From IMG/VR virus record IMGVR_UViG_3300002125_000001: a DNA stretch of 20,000 nucleotides. One strand, given 5' to 3'. A program made the position numbers and the translations under genes. The notes under the pieces were generated by a model, which worked only from the letters and a program-made list of their open reading frames with translations, was not told the DNA's origin and made no database searches. This DNA is from an uncultured virus (IMG/VR IMGVR_UViG_3300002125_000001) (taxonomy: Duplodnaviria; Heunggongvirae; Uroviricota; Caudoviricetes). This document shows, piece by piece, positions 14,714-20,000 of this stretch (the first letter of the stretch is position 1; each line of letters begins with the position of its first letter).

Positions 14714-15865
14714 CTAAATAACGGGCTTCGGCGCAGACAATCTCGCGTGCAAGATACCTGCCCTTCCGTAAAAGTCCGATTTAAGACGAGGCAACAAAAT
14801 GCAGATTACCTTGAAGTGGATTTCAAATCCTCCTTCTGTTTGCCACTGGACGGTGGTGATATCCATACCGGTAACGGCTTGGATGGTATTCTGGTCGAGT
14901 TCGATCATGACGAAAGTTCCGTAGGGTAGGAACTCGGAGCAATTGATCGACTTGATTTCTTTGATCTTTTCCAACCGTTCTCGGAGCGTAATAGTGCTCG
15001 TTTGCCCGGCGGTATGATCGTTATAATCATCGTCGAGGATTTGGTCAAAATCGGGGCTATGGTAGATAGCGAACGGTCCGTAGTGCCGGATGTCGTGCAG
15101 GTTCCGTCGAGCGTCGAGGATTTGCCTGTAGAGGATAGCTGGCGACCAATCGGGATCGCGTGATCCATCGACCCTTGCCCAGTTGGTAAAGACTTTTGTA
15201 AGTCTTTGCGGGTAGTTGCACACGCCGTAGACGTTTCCGCCTCCGAACTGGAAATCGGGTTCGACGCCGAGCGCGAGTCTTTCGACTTTTTCGGCGACCA
15301 TCCGGGACGCCATACCTGCGGTGGTTACGTCGATGGGCATATTGGAGTTCCGGGAGACGGCGATTTGCCGTGCGCTGAAGCTGAAATCCTTGTGGATGAT
15401 CGGCAACGGCATCTGATCCATGTCGTACATGGGCCGGTCCGCGTCCCCTTTGCGAAGCCCGTCCATACTGACGGTTGCGCCGGTGATATTGGATTGCCGT
15501 TCGTACTGCCACACGGTTTTCCCTAGCGCGTTTGGCAGGTTGACGTTAAGCCCGGCGGCTCGTAGGTCGTTGAAGAACCGGAGTCGTGGCATTGCTGCGG
15601 CGACGACGGTTTCGTCGATCATAACCCAGTCATCCTTTCGGAGCGTAGCTGCGTTTGTGGTCTGCACGTTTTTGAGAACGGGCTTCCCGTCTTTCCAACC
15701 GATTTGTTGCGAGATGAGCGAGGTATGCCCGTCATCGTGCAGGAACGGTCGGATGCAGCGGGGGTCGAAGTTGTAGGTAAGCAACCGGGTGGCAACGTCG
15801 CCGGACCCGCCGATTAGACTTGCGCCGTTCGTAATAGAAACGGGCATCGCGTTCAGATTTTGCAT
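14714..15865 (-). CDS. Major capsid protein (HK97 fold, encapsulin/Linocin M18-like)
   Basis: 383 aa with NAATLRKDDW..ID..V..AA..RL, PLPIIHKDFSFSARQI, VYGVCNYP and FKVICILLPRLK. AAAGGA SD upstream and a strong terminator downstream. Confidence 0.85.
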   Translation of the reverse strand: MQNLNAMPVSITNGASLIGGSGDVATRLLTYNFDPRCIRPFLHDDGHTSLISQQIGWKDGKPVLKNVQTTNAATLRKDDWVMIDETVVAAAMPRLRFFNDLRAAGLNVNLPNALGKTVWQYERQSNITGATVSMDGLRKGDADRPMYDMDQMPLPIIHKDFSFSARQIAVSRNSNMPIDVTTAGMASRMVAEKVERLALGVEPDFQFGGGNVYGVCNYPQRLTKVFTNWARVDGSRDPDWSPAILYRQILDARRNLHDIRHYGPFAIYHSPDFDQILDDDYNDHTAGQTSTITLRERLEKIKEIKSINCSEFLPYGTFVMIELDQNTIQAVTGMDITTVQWQTEGGFEIHFKVICILLPRLKSDFYGRAGILHARLSAPKPVI

Positions 15866-16046
15866 TGTTTATTCCTTTCGTAAAAGGAGTTATTGGCACC
15901 CGTACAAGATGCCCGTTTTTTCTATTCCGCACCCGGAAACATAGGGTTGGCGTGCGCCAACAGCGTATTAGTGAAACAGGTCTTGATTCCCCGTTAAAAC
16001 TTTTGTAAAATGGGTTGGTTATTACCCTTAAACTTTTTTCAAACTA

Positions 16047-16265
16047 GTGGCAATGTACGAAACGATTATTTGCGAGCAGGCCAAAAAAATACTAGAGTAT
16101 ATGGCTCTTGAATCATTAGTGGTTTATTGTTGTGGTCATCCTGACAGGCTGTACACGGAACTACGTCATTTGGACAACTTGTCGGGTTGCAACCGTCATA
16201 TTGACGATTACGACATCCCGCAATTGATCGCGGCGTTCAAACGAACGGTACGTTCAAGTGCGTAA
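16047..16265 (+). CDS. Small hypothetical protein
   Basis: 72-aa ORF only; overlaps 16208..16462 convergently. Confidence 0.3.
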   Translation: MAMYETIICEQAKKILEYMALESLVVYCCGHPDRLYTELRHLDNLSGCNRHIDDYDIPQLIAAFKRTVRSSA

Positions 16266-16462
16266 CTGGCCTGATCGTTGTACAAATCCAATGTTTGTTT
16301 GAATTCTTGTTGCAACCTTTCGGCTGCTTGGTACAATTCTTCGTGGGACAATTCTTTCCCTTTTAGGTCGTCGATTTTCTGTTTGTAATCGTCGAGGAGC
16401 GGGATCATCTCGCCCGCGTAATACGGTTGTACGTATTCAAAAACTGGAGTAGTTGCGGGCAT
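16208..16462 (-). CDS. Small helical hypothetical protein
   Basis: 84 aa with natural amphipathic composition; ATG start. Confidence 0.55.
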   Translation of the reverse strand: MPATTPVFEYVQPYYAGEMIPLLDDYKQKIDDLKGKELSHEELYQAAERLQQEFKQTLDLYNDQASYALERTVRLNAAINCGMS

Positions 16463-16592
16463 GGGTTTGTTTTCTTGTCGTATACACCAGTTTTTGCGGC
16501 ATATTTGATAGTAGCCTTTTCCTGCCTGTTTCCCGATTCGATTTTTGGTAGAATCAAACGTTGTTTTATTGATTTTCTATTTTGTTTTTCCG

Positions 16593-16958
16593 ATGCGTCC
16601 TAAAATACACGAGGCGATGTTTCCCGAAAAAAAACCGGAAAGGACCGGTCCACGCCGGACACAATCGGAAATCGAGTTTTATAGGCAGCGGCACATGCCC
16701 GACAGTATCAAACGCGATATTTCGCATATTGGTTTGATTGACAAAGCATTAGTTGATATTAAGCAGGGGACATTCGAGTACCCTGAAAAAAAGTTGTTCG
16801 ACGACCGCTACAAAACAATTGATTATCTATTTGGACAACTATTGGATTTCGATTCTGAACCGCATGGCCATCCCGAATTCGCAGACTACATGGAGTACCT
16901 TGAAACGCCCGGATGGACTCCTTACCGACGCCCAAAAAGGAAACGCAACAAAAAGTGA
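16593..16958 (+). CDS. Hypothetical protein
   Basis: Likely ATG at 16593 (MRPKIHEAMFPEKK...); basic C-terminus; stop abuts the stop of 16960..17391. Confidence 0.6.
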   Translation: MRPKIHEAMFPEKKPERTGPRRTQSEIEFYRQRHMPDSIKRDISHIGLIDKALVDIKQGTFEYPEKKLFDDRYKTIDYLFGQLLDFDSEPHGHPEFADYMEYLETPGWTPYRRPKRKRNKK

Positions 16959-16959
16959 A

Positions 16960-17391
16960 CTATTCTTGTATTTCTCTTTTTTTATGGCCTTTTGATTTTT
17001 CTTTAGCACCGTACCAAAGTGGCGGTCCGTATGTTAGCGCATCTTCAAACGTATCCTCATAGCCCATTTTGTTGCCATCCAAATCTCTTCCCAACGCGAT
17101 GCGCCCGAGTGCTTCTCCTTGTTTTTGTATATTTCTTTCTACGCCTTCCTCTATTTTCTTTTGCAATTCTGCGTTTACATCCTGTGCTTTCGCAAGCAAT
17201 TTGGTTCTTTCTTTTTGGCTTGTTTCTCTATTAGCCGCCTCGGACAAACCTTCATATTTTCGTTCTAAAGGCTGTTCGCTTTGCGACCCGAAATTATCTG
17301 CGAACACGCTCATGGGCGACCGCGTGGCCATTTGTTGGTTAGCTGTCGCCTGTAAATTTTCAAAAACTGAAATATCTGCGAGTTTTTGCAT
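16960..17391 (-). CDS. Leader-family protein (MQKLADISVFENLQ...SPMSVFADN)
   Basis: Leader motif; directly downstream of the head-closure-like gene. Confidence 0.8.
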   Translation of the reverse strand: MQKLADISVFENLQATANQQMATRSPMSVFADNFGSQSEQPLERKYEGLSEAANRETSQKERTKLLAKAQDVNAELQKKIEEGVERNIQKQGEALGRIALGRDLDGNKMGYEDTFEDALTYGPPLWYGAKEKSKGHKKREIQE

Positions 17392-17403
17392 CGTTTATTT
17401 CGA

Positions 17404-17799
17404 TCAAATCTGGCATTGGATCACGACCCTTTCGGACATGAAATCTGGCGGGTACTGTTTCTGTTCCCAACCGAGTTCTGCTATTGTCGATTGTGATACG
17501 ATCCGTTTTGCGTTTTTCAACAAATTCGGATTTGCCTTTTCATCGGGCGTTAGCCCCTGTAGCGTCTCTTCGGTTCCCAGCATCACGAAACTCCCGACGA
17601 CGAGCACGCGGTCGGGGAACACCGTGTTTTGTTTTGCGTTTGTTTGTACGGTGTCGTCTTTTTGTATCTCTTCGGTTACGGTATCCCACCGGCATTTGAT
17701 AACGACCGGTTCGGTGAATATATCCTCGAACTGTTCGTCAACGCCGGTAAGTTTCCAATAGATACAATCGTCGGTCAGTGTAAGGTAATAAACAAACAT
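17404..17799 (-). CDS. Head-closure / head-tail joining-like protein
   Basis: CIYW..TG.D....F.EPVVIKCRWD pattern typical of phage head-closure and minor capsid proteins; ATG at 17799. Confidence 0.6.
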   Translation of the reverse strand: MFVYYLTLTDDCIYWKLTGVDEQFEDIFTEPVVIKCRWDTVTEEIQKDDTVQTNAKQNTVFPDRVLVVGSFVMLGTEETLQGLTPDEKANPNLLKNAKRIVSQSTIAELGWEQKQYPPDFMSERVVIQCQI

Positions 17800-17834
17800 C
17801 ACAATCAACAACTGCGCCGCTACTTTCTAATTCC

Positions 17835-18107
17835 CTACTTGAAATACAAATGGTCCTTACGGCTATCTTCGGACACGGTGTACAACCCGTTATCCTCGAT
17901 CAATTCGTCTTGTCTCTTGGCCAGCGCGTTATAGTCGGGCCACCGGGTCGATTCTCGCAACGCGCCCGAAACGGCGTCCAGTTCGCATAAACTACACGAA
18001 TCGCCCTTGTTTGCGTTGTATACATCCTGGAAGGAACTCATGGCATTTACACTGGTCCCTCCCACGAACGTATCGAAAAAATTAGTAATTGGTTGTCTAT
18101 CGTTCAT
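17835..18107 (-). CDS. Small protein with divergent leader-like N-terminus (ITNFFDTF...SVNAMSSFQDV)
   Basis: AMSSF resembles AMSCF/PMSVF; SVNA...FQDV resembles SVNAAFQDV of 5366..5728. Confidence 0.6.
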   Translation of the reverse strand: MNDRQPITNFFDTFVGGTSVNAMSSFQDVYNANKGDSCSLCELDAVSGALRESTRWPDYNALAKRQDELIEDNGLYTVSEDSRKDHLYFK

Positions 18108-18118
18108 GGCTTTACTTG

Positions 18119-19531
18119 TTAGGTCCAGTTAATCATTGCCGGGTCCAGGTTAAGGAAATCAATCGCGTCCACTTCTGTCCACGTTTGTGGAGAACCCGGT
18201 GTGAATTTCCCTCCGGGGTAGAACTGGATATACCCGTAGGTACAGGTCCCTTCTTTGCCCGTTTCTGCACTTTTTGGGAATGCGTTGTATTCCATATTAC
18301 AGGTGAAAGAGATAGGAGCGGTACTTGCCGTATCCACATTCAAACCGCCGAAAGAACCAAGAAACATTTTCTTAAACTGCCAATAGGCTTTCTGTACCTG
18401 GCACGCATAGAATACAGCCTCTCGGTAATCTTCCTCAAGAGCGTAATGCTCTCTTAATATAGGGTCGCCATCATGGGCCACTTGATCGGTTGAGGAACCG
18501 TAGCCTATTACTTTTTCAAGCGTATTAAGATTTCCGCCTTCTTTGCGTATTAAAGTACCGTGCACAATATCGCCACCGCCAATATAGATACGTGTAAAAC
18601 GATCTACGCCCGGTAAATGGTTCGTTAGGAACTCATTAAAATTACTGCCGTGTACGGTAGTTGCGATAGTGCAGTTTGTCGGCCCCACAACTCCGGATTG
18701 CCACCCGCCTGCGGCAGCCGAACACGAGTTTGCAAACGTAGCGATATCGGTAGAAAACGTGATATTTGCGGTTTGTAAACAAGTGCGAATCATCGAGTCC
18801 AGTAATGACGCCGATCCCCCCGCTTCTTCCGGCGATTTTTCGGATATAATCAACGCGCAATTCTTAGATGGCATGAGCAGATCGCACGGCGGCGTTGTCA
18901 AATCCCAAAAACCGGCACCCGGCGGGGAACCTGGAACCACGGGGTCATTGAACGTATTATCCATCGCATCTGTAGCCTCAAACGGGACCAGTTCATCCCC
19001 ATCCAACTGATAATCAGATTGCCAACCCACGGACCAACTGATAGGTGTGGTCCCTTCGTAGCTGATATTGATAGCCACGTTATTGGCAAGCGCAGCGATC
19101 CTATAGACAGTACCGAGCCTACTGCCTACCTGGCTGTTGTTAGGCCCCACGTAGCCAAAGAATCGGAACCGTTGTCCGGGCGCAATCGGCGGTAAGCCGC
19201 CCAGCCCGTTGATAGTCCCGGTCGCCGAATGTAGACCTTTTACTTTTCCGGCGTAGCCTCGTGTATTGGACGCTTGGTACGATATGGTATTGATCGTATT
19301 TTCCAACGACCAACTGGTCATAGAAGACACCATCGTTCGCTTTATAGGACTGCCTTGACTGCTGGCGTCCACACCAGTCGGCCATGTTAAAAGCAACTCG
19401 GCACCTTTCTCCCAAAACGCGGGTTCATTAGCTATAGGTTCCCAGGGGTTAGTCTTGTCCTGGTACCCATTCGAATCAAAACGCGGCAACGCTCTTTGCA
19501 CGGCTCCGTAACGACCTGAAATAACTGCCAT
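18119..19531 (-). CDS. Putative major tail (tube) protein with two tandem tube-like domains
   Basis: MAVISGRYGAV...SWSLENT...SNTRGYAGKVKGLHSATGTING resembles tail-tube N-termini. A second similar segment reads ANITFSTD...NSCSAAAGGWQSGVVGPTNCTI. GGAG SD; G/S/T-rich beta composition. Confidence 0.55.
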   Translation of the reverse strand: MAVISGRYGAVQRALPRFDSNGYQDKTNPWEPIANEPAFWEKGAELLLTWPTGVDASSQGSPIKRTMVSSMTSWSLENTINTISYQASNTRGYAGKVKGLHSATGTINGLGGLPPIAPGQRFRFFGYVGPNNSQVGSRLGTVYRIAALANNVAINISYEGTTPISWSVGWQSDYQLDGDELVPFEATDAMDNTFNDPVVPGSPPGAGFWDLTTPPCDLLMPSKNCALIISEKSPEEAGGSASLLDSMIRTCLQTANITFSTDIATFANSCSAAAGGWQSGVVGPTNCTIATTVHGSNFNEFLTNHLPGVDRFTRIYIGGGDIVHGTLIRKEGGNLNTLEKVIGYGSSTDQVAHDGDPILREHYALEEDYREAVFYACQVQKAYWQFKKMFLGSFGGLNVDTASTAPISFTCNMEYNAFPKSAETGKEGTCTYGYIQFYPGGKFTPGSPQTWTEVDAIDFLNLDPAMINWT

Positions 19532-19578
19532 TTTATATTCTCCGATATTGTGTTTTTTGAAGTAGAAACGTAGCGCGT

Positions 19579-19887
19579 TTATTTCTGTTTTGCCTTATCT
19601 GCCTGACCGTCAGGTTGATCGCTCAGCGGGACGGGGTTGGTACTTTGGGGTTCTGGCATAGGGGCAACGGGTTTCGGTTCCGTTTTAGGTTTTCTCGCCT
19701 TCAGCCACTTTTCCTTTGTGCTTTTGATGGATTCGCGTTGTTTTTCAAACAGCGGCCCAAACTCGGCCTTTAACTCCGCCGGAAGTTTATCGGGGCTTGA
19801 ATACCAAACACCCCTAACGTAATAACAATCCGGAGGTAAGTTTGTGACCGGCGTTTGTTTACCTTCAAGATTAACCATTCGAGGCAT
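19579..19887 (-). CDS. Hypothetical protein with Pro-rich tail
   Basis: AGAGGAG SD upstream of the ATG at 19887 (MPRMVNLEG...). Confidence 0.7.
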   Translation of the reverse strand: MPRMVNLEGKQTPVTNLPPDCYYVRGVWYSSPDKLPAELKAEFGPLFEKQRESIKSTKEKWLKARKPKTEPKPVAPMPEPQSTNPVPLSDQPDGQADKAKQK

Positions 19888-20000
19888 GATATTTGCTCCT
19901 CTGTTATAAGTTGCGTACCCGCAGCACATGTTTGTTAGTTGTTTTAGACGTCTTCGACCGGCAGGTCCCCGGCGGTTTCGGCTTCGCCTGCCGCCATCAA

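Noticed and set aside
14714..15865. Cellular encapsulin nanocompartment operon
   Set aside because: The shell protein is encapsulin-like, but the adaptor, head-closure, tail-tube-like and DUF2213 genes indicate a tailed phage or phage-derived particle.

Overview
This window is part of a tailed (HK97-type) bacteriophage or prophage virion-morphogenesis region, transcribed mainly on the minus strand. Recognisable structural genes are a putative tandem-domain tail tube protein, a head-closure-like protein, an encapsulin/Linocin-like major capsid protein, a DUF2213-type prohead protease/scaffold, a DUF4054-like head-tail adaptor and a possible tail assembly chaperone. Accessory genes include an ibrA/ibrB-like PAPS-reductase + ParB pair, a zinc-ribbon PD-(D/E)XK endonuclease, two Lar-like zinc-finger proteins and a DUF1360-like membrane protein. 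The main observation is a family of 14 small ORFs placed between the structural genes. They share a conserved 30-45 aa N-terminal leader (consensus M-x-K-L-A-D-I-S-x-F-E-x-L-Q/G ... M-S-x-F-N, often with a later F-Q motif) fused to mostly unrelated C-terminal domains. The leader is conserved at protein level, with synonymous codon variation, and appears to be exchanged between genes. My inference is a capsid-targeting, protease-processed cargo system that loads a variable set of internal proteins into the virion. All family assignments come from motif recognition by eye; no database searches were run.
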